From sequence record SRR31156797_4827: 64,000 bases of DNA; one strand, 5' to 3'. The notes beneath the pieces are model-generated. The model searched no databases. It was not told the DNA's origin and was given only the letters and a program-made list of their open reading frames with translations. The position numbers were made by a program, and so were the translations under genes. Below are positions 1 to 10,566 of this stretch, piece after piece (the stretch's first letter is position 1; every line of letters starts with the position of its first letter).

Positions 1-37
1 CATGAAGCGATCGCTTCATGGAGGTTCTTTCCTTAGA

Positions 38-2035
38 TCATTCAATATACTTAAGGATTGCGACTTCTTTTGGTTTCAGAACTGCCAACTGTTTGGTTTC
101 TTTGGTTAGAAGGTCTTCTCCAGGGGCTTTCAGCTTCACTTCTGTTGTCTGCTCGGTATGGTTTAAGAAAAAGACGAGTGTATAGCCAGCACCTTTGCGA
201 CAGGTAACGGAGATTTCAGTAGGAGCAGCCAAGAAGTGCTGGGCATGAGTCGTTAATTTGTGATTTTCCAGAATGGTCGCTAAAAATGTAGTTAGTCCTT
301 CAAGAGACAATTCTGTTCCCACGTAATACGCATACCCATCGTCGATCCGGTTCATGGTAATGGCGGGCTTATCGGTCAAATAACCGGAATGGAAGGTTGC
401 CAAAGCTTTCGCACCTTTTAGATGGATGACTTCCTCCCATAGAGAATTGTCGTACCGACGACCTTGGAAGTCAATTTGGTGATGGGTAGCCGCTTTCATT
501 GGGTAAAACTCTTCTACAATGATCCCTAAGGTGTCCCTAAACAGTCCTGGATAGCCCCCAAGATAGACTTGGTCATATTCATTGACGATCCCACTAAAGA
601 AATTGGTCAAGAAGATGCCGCCTTGTCGCACGTAATCATGGATCTTCTTACCGAATGCTTCGGGTGCTGAATAGAGATTTGGGGCGATCACTAAAGGATA
701 GCCGCCTAGGGATTCGGAAGGATGGACAAAGTCTACGCTCAGATTTAACGCCCTAAGTGCGGCATACAGGCTGCGTAACTGATGAATGTATTTTAAGGTT
801 CTTGGTTTGGCATCCAATTCCAGCGCCCACCAATTTTCCCAGTCGAAGACAACTGCGACATCAGCCAAGAAGCGCGTCCCAACGATTTCGGATAGTTGCG
901 AAAATTCGTTGCCTAATTGTGCACATTCACGAAAGATACGGCTTGACTGAGGATCTCCGTGAGGCACCATCGCACTATGAAATTTTTCCGCACCGCCACG
1001 AGACTGTCGCCATTGAAAGAACATGATACCATCAGCACCATGAGCTAGCGCTTCATAACTCCAAAGACGCAACTGGTTGGGGGTCTTGGCCCCGTTGATT
1101 TGTCGCCAATTAACGGCGCTGGTGGCTTGCTCCATGATCAAGAATGGCTTTTTCTTCAAACTGCGGGTTAAATCGTTAGCAAGAAATTGCGGGTAAGGGA
1201 TTTTTTCAAAGGGATTCGGGTACGAATTCCAGCTGACCACATCTATTTCAGGTGCCCATTTAAATCCATCTACGTATTTGTGTAAGCCCATAAGATTGGT
1301 CATATAAGGAATGTCATGGGAATATTTTGCAATCGCCGCCTTTTCAATTTGATAAAGTTCCAGATTCATGTCGGAAAGAAACCGACGGTAGTCTAATTGC
1401 TGTGCAGGATTTTTGAAGGTTGGCATTGCCTCTGGTAAGAAAATTTCCTCCCAGCTGCCATAGGATTGACTCCAAAACTTCGTTGACCAAGCATCATTCA
1501 ATCCAGCGATGGTCAGATATTTCTCTGCTAACCATGTCTGAAATCTTTTCCGACAATGATCGCAATAACACTCGTGGATGTGACACGTATATTCATTATT
1601 GATATGCCACATGACCAGCCCTGGATGATTAGCATAACGGTTTGCGACTGCTTCAGACAAATCGGCGGCATATTGACGATAGATAGGGGAAGTCGGACAG
1701 TAGTGCTGGCGCGCACCATGAACCAGTCGATTGCCATGAATGGTCACAGGCAGCATCTCAGGGTGTTTTTGAACAAGCCAAGCGGGAGGAGAAGCTGTTC
1801 CATTGGCTAGGTCGATCATGATATTGTTTTCATATAAAAGATCCATCAACCAGTCCAGAAAGTCAAAATCATAGGTGGATTCATCTGGCTGCAGATTGAC
1901 CCAGCCAAAAATATTGATACTTACATAGTTCACACCTGCTTCTTTCATTAAGCGCATATCTTCAAGAATGACTTCTTTAGACCATTGTTCAGGATTGTAG
2001 TCGGCACCATAGTAAAGCTGACGTTGCGTTTTCAT
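38..2035 (-). CDS. GH42 beta-galactosidase
   Basis: [12 protein letters not shown]-terminus, WHINNEY acid/base motif, LIMEQ nucleophile motif, Cys cluster [14 protein letters not shown] at 2035 has AAGGAG 7 nt upstream. Confidence 0.92.
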   Translation of the reverse strand: MKTQRQLYYGADYNPEQWSKEVILEDMRLMKEAGVNYVSINIFGWVNLQPDESTYDFDFLDWLMDLLYENNIMIDLANGTASPPAWLVQKHPEMLPVTIHGNRLVHGARQHYCPTSPIYRQYAADLSEAVANRYANHPGLVMWHINNEYTCHIHECYCDHCRKRFQTWLAEKYLTIAGLNDAWSTKFWSQSYGSWEEIFLPEAMPTFKNPAQQLDYRRFLSDMNLELYQIEKAAIAKYSHDIPYMTNLMGLHKYVDGFKWAPEIDVVSWNSYPNPFEKIPYPQFLANDLTRSLKKKPFLIMEQATSAVNWRQINGAKTPNQLRLWSYEALAHGADGIMFFQWRQSRGGAEKFHSAMVPHGDPQSSRIFRECAQLGNEFSQLSEIVGTRFLADVAVVFDWENWWALELDAKPRTLKYIHQLRSLYAALRALNLSVDFVHPSESLGGYPLVIAPNLYSAPEAFGKKIHDYVRQGGIFLTNFFSGIVNEYDQVYLGGYPGLFRDTLGIIVEEFYPMKAATHHQIDFQGRRYDNSLWEEVIHLKGAKALATFHSGYLTDKPAITMNRIDDGYAYYVGTELSLEGLTTFLATILENHKLTTHAQHFLAAPTEISVTCRKGAGYTLVFFLNHTEQTTEVKLKAPGEDLLTKETKQLAVLKPKEVAILKYIE

Positions 2036-2103
2036 CAAATCGCTCCTTTATAGACGTTTCTTTAGTATCAAGATACTTGAATCATATCAAATATTCATCT
2101 GTT

Positions 2104-2117
2104 TGATAGCGGTATCA
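2104..2117. promoter_or_regulatory. cre site (CcpA box) upstream of the beta-galactosidase
   Basis: TGATAGCGGTATCA matches TGWNANCGNTNWCA at all positions, about 70 nt upstream of a sugar hydrolase start. Confidence 0.75.
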
Positions 2118-2311
2118 TTTGAAAATCATGAAATGATCCAAAAAACAAAGATAGTTCAATCTGGTTTCGCAACTAGGGCTATAGTCCGCCAGTTCTTTTG
2201 CCTTGCTGTTTTTTTAACAAAAATATACAATTGAAAAAGGCGGTAAATTAAAACATCTAAAATTTATCTCTCTAAGTAGTTGTTTTTTTATTAATAGTTT
2301 CTTTATAAAAA

Positions 2312-2399
2312 AATGCATGTTTATAACCAACAGATCAAAAAAACTATTAAACATTAGCAGAAGATTACTATGAGTCAAAGAAATGAATAATTATGTGTC
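2312..2399 (+). promoter_or_regulatory. Two putative ARG boxes (ArgR/AhrC) upstream of arcA
   Basis: AATGCATGTTTATAACCA (2312-2329) and AATGAATAATTATGTGTC (2382-2399) resemble the TGMATWWWWATKCA core; both right halves are degenerate. Confidence 0.45.
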
Positions 2400-2466
2400 G
2401 AGGAGTCATAAACGAGGAATGACATAAGTTATTCCACAAAAAATGCGAAAAAGGAGAGACACGTCC

Positions 2467-3684
2467 ATGAACCAGCCAATACAGATCTTTTCTGAGATTG
2501 CGCCCTTAAAGCGGGTGCTGTTGCATCGTCCAGGAGCAGAATTGGAAAACTTGATGCCGGATTATCTTGATCGCTTGTTGTTCGATGATATTCCTTTTCT
2601 AGACCAAGCACAAAAAGAGCATGATTTTTTTGCCGAGACGTTAAGAAACAGAGGGGTGGAAGTCCTTTATTTGGAAGATCTTGCTGCAGAGACATTGTCG
2701 ACGACCGGTGCCAAAGAAGCTTTTTTAGAAGATTATTTAAATGAGACAACGATCCTTGATGAAGAGATTCGCAACGAAGTGCGCAATTTTTTCCTGTCGA
2801 TCAAAGATAATCGCTCCTTTATCGATCATACGATGGCGGGCTTGAAAAAAAGTGAGGTAGAAATTCCAAGAGCTAGCAAGTTAACGGCGATCGTTGAAAC
2901 GGAATATCCTTTTTTGATCGATCCAATGCCAAACTTGTATTTCACGAGAGATCCGTTTGCTACGATTGGTCATAGCGTTTCCTTGAATCGAATGTATTCT
3001 GCAACGAGAAGACGAGAAACCCTCTACGGAAAACAAATTTTTACGCACCACCCGATGTTTTCCCGCAATGAGACGAACTTTTTGTATCATCGGGACGAAA
3101 CGACGCGGATGGAAGGCGGCGATCAGCTGATTTTATCTGATAAAATCGTGGCGATCGGTATCTCTCAACGAACCGAGGTTGCTTCTATCGAAAAAATTGC
3201 CGAAACGATTTTTGCTACAGAACCGAGTTTTGAACATATCTTGGCATTTAATATTGGTGAAGAACGAAAATTTATGCACTTAGATACGGTCTTTACGATG
3301 GTGGATCATGATAAGTTCACGATCCATCCAGAAATCGAGGGAGAACTTTCGCTGTATTCAATCACTAAACACAAGGACGGTGTGCGAGTATATGAGGAAA
3401 AAGATACGTTGGAAAACATTCTTTGCCGTTATTTAGATTTGCCTGAAGTACACTTGATTCGCTGTGGTGGTGACGACTTAGCGGCAGCAGCCAGAGAACA
3501 ATGGAATGATGGTTCCAATACATTGGCGATCGCCCCAGGGGAAGTCGTGGTCTATGACCGCAATACCATCACCAACGGGTTGTTAAAAGAGGCAGGCGTC
3601 AAGTTGAATGAGATCTCAGGAAGTGAATTGGTTCGCGGACGTGGAGGTCCACGCTGTATGAGTATGCCATTTATTCGTGAGTAG
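2467..3684 (+). CDS. arcA: Arginine deiminase
   Basis: [36 protein letters not shown] and [11 protein letters not shown] motifs intact. ATG 2467 follows AAGGAG. Confidence 0.95.
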   Translation: MNQPIQIFSEIAPLKRVLLHRPGAELENLMPDYLDRLLFDDIPFLDQAQKEHDFFAETLRNRGVEVLYLEDLAAETLSTTGAKEAFLEDYLNETTILDEEIRNEVRNFFLSIKDNRSFIDHTMAGLKKSEVEIPRASKLTAIVETEYPFLIDPMPNLYFTRDPFATIGHSVSLNRMYSATRRRETLYGKQIFTHHPMFSRNETNFLYHRDETTRMEGGDQLILSDKIVAIGISQRTEVASIEKIAETIFATEPSFEHILAFNIGEERKFMHLDTVFTMVDHDKFTIHPEIEGELSLYSITKHKDGVRVYEEKDTLENILCRYLDLPEVHLIRCGGDDLAAAAREQWNDGSNTLAIAPGEVVVYDRNTITNGLLKEAGVKLNEISGSELVRGRGGPRCMSMPFIRE

Positions 3685-3760
3685 GACGAATCTTTGTTAT
3701 TTTAATTACGGATTTTTGCTTTGAAATTATGAAAGTTAAGAAATAGAAGAGAGAAAAATA

Positions 3761-3805
3761 AAAGAAAGATTTGAAACGGCATTCTGTTTCTAATCTTTCT
3801 TTTTT
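3761..3805 (+). terminator. Intrinsic terminator after arcA
   Basis: AAAGAAAGATTTGAAACGG / CTGTTTCTAATCTTTCTTT imperfect stem followed by a T run. Confidence 0.6.
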
Positions 3806-4068
3806 GTCATCATTTAACCCCCTATAAATTGAAAAGGATTTCTTTTTGTGAAAATGTGTAATTTTTGTGACTTTTATATGTAAAGACTATAAAAAAACGC
3901 TAGGAACCTTGTTCTATCGCTAAATTTATGGTACGGTTATATTAGAAAACGGAAATAGGTGAAGGTATTTGCCACTTATTGATTTTTGACACCCTACGAT
4001 CAGCGAATGCCATATGCTTGATTTGTAGTGGTTTTTTTTGCGGAAAAAAAGGGAAAGCAGGTGAGAAA

Positions 4069-4380
4069 ATGGCAGTAGATGCAATTCGATTATTACAAGA
4101 AGCAGAGCAATTTGCTGAAAATAAAAACCAAGAAGCGGAAGCAGAAAAAAAACAATTGGCACAAGAACGCGAAGAACGGTTGAAGGCGTTTAAAAAAGAG
4201 TTGGCAGAAAAAGAAGCCCAACAAAAAGAAGCAATCAATCAAAAAATCGCAGCTGAGTTAACACAGTCAAAAGAACCGCTCATGGCTAAAACGAAAGCAG
4301 AAGTGGAAACACTACGAACGATCCCTAATGAGTTAAAGGAAGAAGCATTGGCAATAATAATAAATAAGGTTGTGACATAA
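4069..4380 (+). CDS. ntpF: V-type ATPase subunit NtpF (peripheral stalk)
   Basis: Charged coiled-coil protein of about 103 aa, first gene of the V-ATPase operon. ATG 4069 follows AGGTGA. Confidence 0.8.
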   Translation: MAVDAIRLLQEAEQFAENKNQEAEAEKKQLAQEREERLKAFKKELAEKEAQQKEAINQKIAAELTQSKEPLMAKTKAEVETLRTIPNELKEEALAIIINKVVT

Positions 4381-6372
4381 ATGGCAATTGCAAAAATGCA
4401 AAAGTTCAGTCTGTTGACCTTTTACGATCAGAAAGAAGCTGTTTTAGAGCAGCTGCAAGACTTTCAGGGCGTAGAACTGCTTTCTTCGGAGAAATACTAC
4501 GATTCTGAAGAAACGACGGGTGTTTTGACACCGGTTCGCGAGGAACAGTCTGAAGAAGAAATGGAGAACCAGTTTGGTCAAGTCAACTGGAGCTTAAATT
4601 TTTTAGAAGAATATGTACCCAAAAAAGGAATGCTGGCACAACTGCGGCAACCAATCAAAAAATATACCCTTCAAGAATTGGCTGAAACAGCCCACACCTA
4701 TCCCTGGCAAGAATTATGCCAGACCCTTCGTAAACAAGACAAACGTCTTCGCTTGATCGATCAAGAAAAACGCGATGTATTAGCACAAGAAGCAGAGCTG
4801 TCGATTTGGAAGTATTTTAAAGAGCGTCCAGCGGTTTTAAAGGAATTAAAAAAATCAGGTGGCTTGCTAGGTTCGATTCCCACTTCTGAAATGGCTGACT
4901 TTACGACGAACAGTGAGAAGCTGCCGCTCGTCTATGTGGAAACTGTTTATCAATCACAAACAACCACTTATTTACTGGTCCTTTTCCACAAAGATGTAAA
5001 AGAAAAAGTAACTTCACTTCTTAAAAAAGTAGCCTTTGAGCAATACATCTACCCTTATGAGGGCATCCCAGAAGAAGATCTGCAAACGATGAAAGAAAAA
5101 TCCCAACGTTTAATTGATGAAGAAAAAGAGATCAAAGCCTCTCTTCGTGCAATGACAAACGAGCAAGAAACTTTGCGGATCGTTGCCGAGTATTTAGATG
5201 GAGCAATCACCCGCTTAAAAAGCAATAAGATGCTTTTACGTTCTACTCATGCGGTCTCGCTTTCTGGCTGGGTTCCTGTTGATGGAACGGCCGAATTAGA
5301 AAAACGCATCAAAAAAGGAACCACGGATAACTATTACCTCGAATACCAAGAAGTGACGGAAAAAGAGATTAGTAATGTGCCGATTTTATTAGAAAACGCA
5401 CGTTGGATCAAACCTTTTGAAGGACTTGTTCGGATGTACAGCTTGCCGCAATATGACGAGTTAGATCCGACACCATTTATGGCGCCTTTTTATATGGTGG
5501 CATTCGGGATGATGGTTGCCGATTTTGGCTATGGTTTGCTTTTGTTTCTGGCGACGTTTCTTGGTAAAAAGCTGTTCCACCTCAGCAAAGGGCTGGAACA
5601 AAACTTGACCCTCTTTCAGTTATGCTCGATCCCCACGATTATTTGGGGCTTGATCTATGGCAACTTCTTCGGATTTGAATTCTCATTCCAACTGTTGTCT
5701 GCCCAGGATGATGTCAACCAGATCTTAGTCTTATCCGTGATCTTTGGGTACATCCAGATTATGTTTGGTTTGGCGCTGAAATTCTATATTCTATGGAAGA
5801 AAAAAGACCAGAAACTGGCTGCGATGTTCCAAGCCGGTTCATGGATCGTCTTTTTGATCAGTGTGGCTTTTGTTGCCGCAGGAATGCTGCTTTTCCCTGA
5901 CACACCGTTACAAATGATTGGGATCGTAATGATCGCTGCCAGTCTATTAGCAGTGGCCATCGGAGGCAGTTTAGAAGGTAAAACCTTAGCAGGAAAAATC
6001 GGTTCTGGATTGTACGGATTGATGGATGTGACCAATTATGTTGGTGACTTGATCAGTTACACCCGTCTGATGGCGTTAGGGGTTGCCGGCGGAAGTATCG
6101 CCTCAGCCTTCAACTTGATCATCAGCTACCTGCCGCCAGCAGCCCGGTTTACGGTTGGTATCTTATTATTTGTGGCATTGCATGGCCTAAATATTTTCTT
6201 AAGTTACCTTAGTGCGTATGTTCATGGTATCCGTTTGCAGTATTTAGAGTATTTTGGAAAATTCTTTACGGGGGGCGGACGTGCCTTTGACCCCTTCAAA
6301 TCAAATGAAAACTATGTAGAGATCATCTCAGAAGAGAAGTTACAGGAGGACAATAATGGAAAATTGGATTAG
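4381..6372 (+). CDS. ntpI: V-type ATPase subunit I (a)
   Basis: MAIAKMQK start, ELDPTP, FGMMVADFGYG, SYTRLMAL, HGIRLQYLEYFGKFF. Confidence 0.95.
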   Translation: MAIAKMQKFSLLTFYDQKEAVLEQLQDFQGVELLSSEKYYDSEETTGVLTPVREEQSEEEMENQFGQVNWSLNFLEEYVPKKGMLAQLRQPIKKYTLQELAETAHTYPWQELCQTLRKQDKRLRLIDQEKRDVLAQEAELSIWKYFKERPAVLKELKKSGGLLGSIPTSEMADFTTNSEKLPLVYVETVYQSQTTTYLLVLFHKDVKEKVTSLLKKVAFEQYIYPYEGIPEEDLQTMKEKSQRLIDEEKEIKASLRAMTNEQETLRIVAEYLDGAITRLKSNKMLLRSTHAVSLSGWVPVDGTAELEKRIKKGTTDNYYLEYQEVTEKEISNVPILLENARWIKPFEGLVRMYSLPQYDELDPTPFMAPFYMVAFGMMVADFGYGLLLFLATFLGKKLFHLSKGLEQNLTLFQLCSIPTIIWGLIYGNFFGFEFSFQLLSAQDDVNQILVLSVIFGYIQIMFGLALKFYILWKKKDQKLAAMFQAGSWIVFLISVAFVAAGMLLFPDTPLQMIGIVMIAASLLAVAIGGSLEGKTLAGKIGSGLYGLMDVTNYVGDLISYTRLMALGVAGGSIASAFNLIISYLPPAARFTVGILLFVALHGLNIFLSYLSAYVHGIRLQYLEYFGKFFTGGGRAFDPFKSNENYVEIISEEKLQEDNNGKLD

Positions 6373-6829
6373 TTTCTTTTACGAAAATGGTGGAATTGTT
6401 TTTGCAGCTTTAGGTGTAGCGACCGCAACGATTTGCGGCGGTATCGGATCAACGATTGGTGTTGGGATGACCAGTGAAGCAGCGTCAGGCTTGATCTCAG
6501 AGCAGCCAGAGAAATTCGGACAAGCGTTGATCTTAGAGTTGCTGTCTAGTACTCAGGGGTTATACGGGTTCGTAATTTCCTTTATGATCTTTGGTCAAAT
6601 CAGCGGTTCGCTTTCATTCGATCGCGGATTGTACTTGTTTATTGCTTCATTGCCAATCGCATTAACAGCGATCGTAGCCGGAAAATGGCAAGGACGTGCC
6701 GCAAGTGCTGCGATGCAGATTTTAGCCAAAAAACCAGAACATGTGACCAAAGGAATTATCTTGGTAGCGATGATGGAAACGTATTGTATTTTAGGGTTCG
6801 TTATTTCCTTCTTGCTTGTCTTGAATTAA
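6356..6829 (+). CDS. ntpK: V-type ATPase rotor subunit K (c)
   Basis: Four hydrophobic helices; QPEKFGQALIL, TQGLYGF, METY motifs. Confidence 0.95.
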   Translation: MENWISFFYENGGIVFAALGVATATICGGIGSTIGVGMTSEAASGLISEQPEKFGQALILELLSSTQGLYGFVISFMIFGQISGSLSFDRGLYLFIASLPIALTAIVAGKWQGRAASAAMQILAKKPEHVTKGIILVAMMETYCILGFVISFLLVLN

Positions 6830-6845
6830 GAGGAGGGAAAAGTGA

Positions 6846-7436
6846 ATGTCTGATATTACACGTTTAACTGACAAAATAACCGCTGATGCGGAAAAGAAAT
6901 ACCAGCTGCAAATCAAAGAAGCGAAAAAAGAAAGTGAAAATCAAGAAAACTTGAAGCGAACGCAATTAGAAAAAGAGCTTAGTGAGCGGTTAGCTTTTTA
7001 TGAAAAAGAAAAACGTGCGGCGATGTATTTGGAAATCTCAGATGTGCATATTCAATCAAGAAACAAGGTCTTGGCAGCAAAGCAGTCGGTCTTAGATGAG
7101 CTGTTTACTGAGGCTTTGACCCGTTTAAATACGATGGATCAAGCAGCATTTTATGCGTTTATCGCTAATGGCTTGGCGAATGCAAGGTTAACTGGTGAGG
7201 TTGAGTTGCTTTTAGGTGAGAAGACCCGCCATTTAGTGGATGAGGAGCTCCTCGCTAAATTGCAGGCATCTGCCCCAGATGTTCAGCTGAAACTGGTAAA
7301 TAAAACGATCCCTCGTAAGGGTGGCTTTTTGTTGCGACAAGAAGCGATCGAGTTGAATTTTACTTTTGATGCGCTACTAGAAGCCAACAAAGAAGAGTTA
7401 AGCAATACGTTACTGCAATTGATTTTTGAACAGTAA
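6846..7436 (+). CDS. ntpE: V-type ATPase subunit E
   Basis: Operon position, coiled-coil N-terminus, GGFLL...IELNFTFDAL C-terminus. Confidence 0.85.
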   Translation: MSDITRLTDKITADAEKKYQLQIKEAKKESENQENLKRTQLEKELSERLAFYEKEKRAAMYLEISDVHIQSRNKVLAAKQSVLDELFTEALTRLNTMDQAAFYAFIANGLANARLTGEVELLLGEKTRHLVDEELLAKLQASAPDVQLKLVNKTIPRKGGFLLRQEAIELNFTFDALLEANKEELSNTLLQLIFEQ

Positions 7437-7450
7437 GCAGGTGCAAACAG

Positions 7451-8452
7451 ATGAATGACATCAAATACAATACCTTAAATACGAGAATTCGGACGTATGA
7501 ATCGCAATTATTCGATCGCAGCCGCTATGAGCGGATGCTCTCGGCTGCTAGCGCAGAAGAAATCTACGGTATGTTGCAAGAAACGGTTTATGGTGACTTC
7601 ATCAACGAGGATGATCGTGTACACGACTTTGAACATGTGTTGATGGCGGAGTTGAAACGGGTATACGACACGATGTATCAGCTGACACCGGAAAAAGCGA
7701 TCGTTGATTTCTTTGCTTTGAAATATGACTATCAAAATCTGAAAGTCTTGGTAAAAGCGGCGTACATGCAAGAAGATTTTTCTGAATATCTTGTCCCAAT
7801 TGGTACCCAGCCGCTTTCCGTCCTTAAGGATCTGGTCAAGACCAGAAAAAGCAATCTTGTTGCCAAAGAGATGGTTGATTGTGTGGAAGAAGTCTTCTCT
7901 TATATTGAGAACTACCATGAGGTCCAATCGATCGACATCATCTTTGATAACCACTATTGGGAACAATTGTGGACGATTGGCAAAGAATACGACGACGATC
8001 TGCTGCAAAGCTTGATTCGTCGACAAATCGATATTTTCAACATTTCAACAACGTTGCGCAGTTACGCGATGAAACGCAAGCGCGGCTTTATCAGCGCAGT
8101 TTTAGCCGATCATGGAAACCTGCCTGCAAAAGAATTGTTAGCTGAGATCACGACTTCCCTTGAGGCATTTGTGGCATATTTGCAAGGGACTCCTTATAAA
8201 GAACTGATCAATCACAGCTATGAAGAGTTGGTAGAGAAGAAGACCTTGAATACCTTTGATATACGCAAAGACAATTTTCTAATGGCGAAGCTCAAAGAAC
8301 ATAAAATTGTTCCTTTTGGCCCTTCAGCATTGGCAGGGTACTTGTACGCCAAGGAAATTGAAAGCAAGAACTTGCGTATTCTCCTGATTGGGAAAATCAA
8401 TAAGGTGCCGGAAGAGATTTTAAGAAGTCGGGTGCGTGATAGTTATGCATAA
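7451..8452 (+). CDS. ntpC: V-type ATPase subunit C (d)
   Basis: YNTLNTRIRTYE, YDYQNLKV, KEIESKNLRILLIGKIN, RVRDSY. Confidence 0.92.
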   Translation: MNDIKYNTLNTRIRTYESQLFDRSRYERMLSAASAEEIYGMLQETVYGDFINEDDRVHDFEHVLMAELKRVYDTMYQLTPEKAIVDFFALKYDYQNLKVLVKAAYMQEDFSEYLVPIGTQPLSVLKDLVKTRKSNLVAKEMVDCVEEVFSYIENYHEVQSIDIIFDNHYWEQLWTIGKEYDDDLLQSLIRRQIDIFNISTTLRSYAMKRKRGFISAVLADHGNLPAKELLAEITTSLEAFVAYLQGTPYKELINHSYEELVEKKTLNTFDIRKDNFLMAKLKEHKIVPFGPSALAGYLYAKEIESKNLRILLIGKINKVPEEILRSRVRDSYA

Positions 8453-8759
8453 AAAAATAGCAATGATGGGTGGTAAGAACTCGATCTTGCCTTTCAAAGG
8501 GCTAGGGATCGACATCTTTCCAGTCAGCGATTTGGATGAAGCCGCCCAACAACTAGAAGAAATGGCTGAAGCCTATGGGGTAATCTTTTTGACTGAGCGA
8601 CTGATCGAACAATTAGAACCGATCGTTCGCCGCTATGAAGAAGTACCGACACCAGCGATCATTCCGATTCCAAGTAGTACGGGTAGTTTAGGGATCGGCA
8701 TGGCACGAATTCAGCAAAATGTGGAAAAAGCGGTAGGAATGAATATATTAGATTCATAA
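8445..8759 (+). CDS. ntpG: V-type ATPase subunit F (NtpG in E. hirae naming)
   Basis: [32 protein letters not shown]. Confidence 0.92.
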   Translation: MHKKIAMMGGKNSILPFKGLGIDIFPVSDLDEAAQQLEEMAEAYGVIFLTERLIEQLEPIVRRYEEVPTPAIIPIPSSTGSLGIGMARIQQNVEKAVGMNILDS

Positions 8760-8790
8760 CAGACAAGTCAGCCAGCTAGGAGGAATAAAT

Positions 8791-10566
8791 GTGGCATTTG
8801 GCACAATTGAAAAAGTATCGGGACCACTGGTCACCGCCTCAGGATTAAGTGGCGCAAAAATCCACGAAATCTGCAAAGTCAGTGACAAGGGCCTTATCGG
8901 TGAGATCATTGAGATCAAAAAAGGGCTGGTTTCGATCCAAGTATACGAAGAAACAGCGGGAATCGGACCAGGCGAGCCCGTGGAAACGACAGGCGCACCA
9001 TTGTCTGTCGAACTAGCACCAGGTTTGTTGACTCAGATGTTTGATGGGATCCAACGACCATTAGATACGTTTATGTCGCAAACAGAAAGTGATTTTTTGG
9101 AACGAGGGGTTACCATCGATCCACTGAATCGCCAAAAGAAATGGACCTTTGTCCCTCAAGTACAAGTCGGTGATACCGTACAAGGTGGCGACATTTTAGG
9201 TTCAGTACAAGAAACATCGGTGATCGAGCATAAGATCATGGTGCCACCAAACTATGAAGGAACCGTCAAAGAAATCATGGTAGGGAATTTTGCTATTACT
9301 GAAGTGATCTGTGTCTTAGAAACCATTGAGGGTGAAAAAAACTTGACGATGGTTCAGAAATGGCCGGTTCGTCAACCACGTCCCGTTACTGCTAAATTAA
9401 ATCCAGGCGAACCGCTGGTCACTGGTCAGCGCGTCATCGACACCTATTTTCCAGTGGCAAAAGGCGGCTCAGCTGCCGTTCCCGGACCATTTGGTGCCGG
9501 AAAAACGGTTGTTCAGCACCAAATTGCTAAATGGTCGGATGTGGATATCGTTGTCTATGTCGGCTGTGGCGAGCGAGGCAATGAAATGCGGGATGTTATG
9601 AATGAATTTCCTGAACTGATCGACCCAAATACCGGCAAGTCCATCATGGAACGAACGGTCTTGATCGCCAATACGTCGAATATGCCAGTTGCTGCTCGGG
9701 AAGCCTCAATCTATACAGGAATCACGATTGCAGAATATTACCGAGACATGGGCTATAGTGTTGCTATCATGGCAGACTCAACATCACGTTGGGCAGAAGC
9801 GCTGCGGGAAATGAGTGGACGATTGCAAGAGATCCCAGGAGATGAAGGCTATCCGGCGTACCTTGGAAGTCGAATTGCGGAATACTATGAGCGAGCAGGG
9901 CGTTTCCATTCATTAGGCACACAGCCTCGGGAAGGAAGCATTACCGCAATTGGTGCGGTTTCACCTGCTGGTGGAGACATCTCAGAACCGGTCACCCAAA
10001 ATACCTTACGAATCGTGAAAGTCTTCTGGGCATTGGATAGTATGCTGGCGCAAAAACGGCATTTTCCTTCCATCAACTGGATGAATTCCTATTCCCTTTA
10101 CGAAGATCAAATCAATTCTTATTTAGATCAATTATTAGGCGATCGCTGGTCGGAGCTAGTCAATGAATCAATGGCGATTCTCCAAGAAGAAAGCCGTTTA
10201 GAAGAAATCGTTCAATTGGTAGGGATGGATTCTCTTTCTCAAAGAGACCGTTTGACAATGATGACAGCCCGTTCTTTGAGACAAGATTACTTGCAGCAAA
10301 ACGCCTTTGATGATGTTGACACGTATACATCTCGCAATAAGCAGTTCAAAATGTTGGAGAATATTCTTTACTTTAATGAACAAGCCCAACGTGCACTGCA
10401 GCTAGGTGCTTACTTAGATGAGATCACAAAAGGAACGGTTGATCTGCGTGAGCGCATCGCCCGCAGCAAATACATTCCTGAAGAAGAATTGACCCGCTTG
10501 GATACGATCAAGCATGACATCAAAGAAAAGTTACAACGAATCATTGAAACTGGAGGTGTTCATTGA
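8791..10566 (+). CDS. ntpA: V-type ATPase catalytic subunit A
   Basis: P-loop [34 protein letters not shown] start after AGGAGG. Confidence 0.97.
   Translation: MAFGTIEKVSGPLVTASGLSGAKIHEICKVSDKGLIGEIIEIKKGLVSIQVYEETAGIGPGEPVETTGAPLSVELAPGLLTQMFDGIQRPLDTFMSQTESDFLERGVTIDPLNRQKKWTFVPQVQVGDTVQGGDILGSVQETSVIEHKIMVPPNYEGTVKEIMVGNFAITEVICVLETIEGEKNLTMVQKWPVRQPRPVTAKLNPGEPLVTGQRVIDTYFPVAKGGSAAVPGPFGAGKTVVQHQIAKWSDVDIVVYVGCGERGNEMRDVMNEFPELIDPNTGKSIMERTVLIANTSNMPVAAREASIYTGITIAEYYRDMGYSVAIMADSTSRWAEALREMSGRLQEIPGDEGYPAYLGSRIAEYYERAGRFHSLGTQPREGSITAIGAVSPAGGDISEPVTQNTLRIVKVFWALDSMLAQKRHFPSINWMNSYSLYEDQINSYLDQLLGDRWSELVNESMAILQEESRLEEIVQLVGMDSLSQRDRLTMMTARSLRQDYLQQNAFDDVDTYTSRNKQFKMLENILYFNEQAQRALQLGAYLDEITKGTVDLRERIARSKYIPEEELTRLDTIKHDIKEKLQRIIETGGVH

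Noticed and set aside
3844-3883. Rex operator upstream of ntp (TTTTTGTGA twice)
   Set aside because: Only TTGTGA half-sites occur, in direct orientation; the TTCACAA half is missing.
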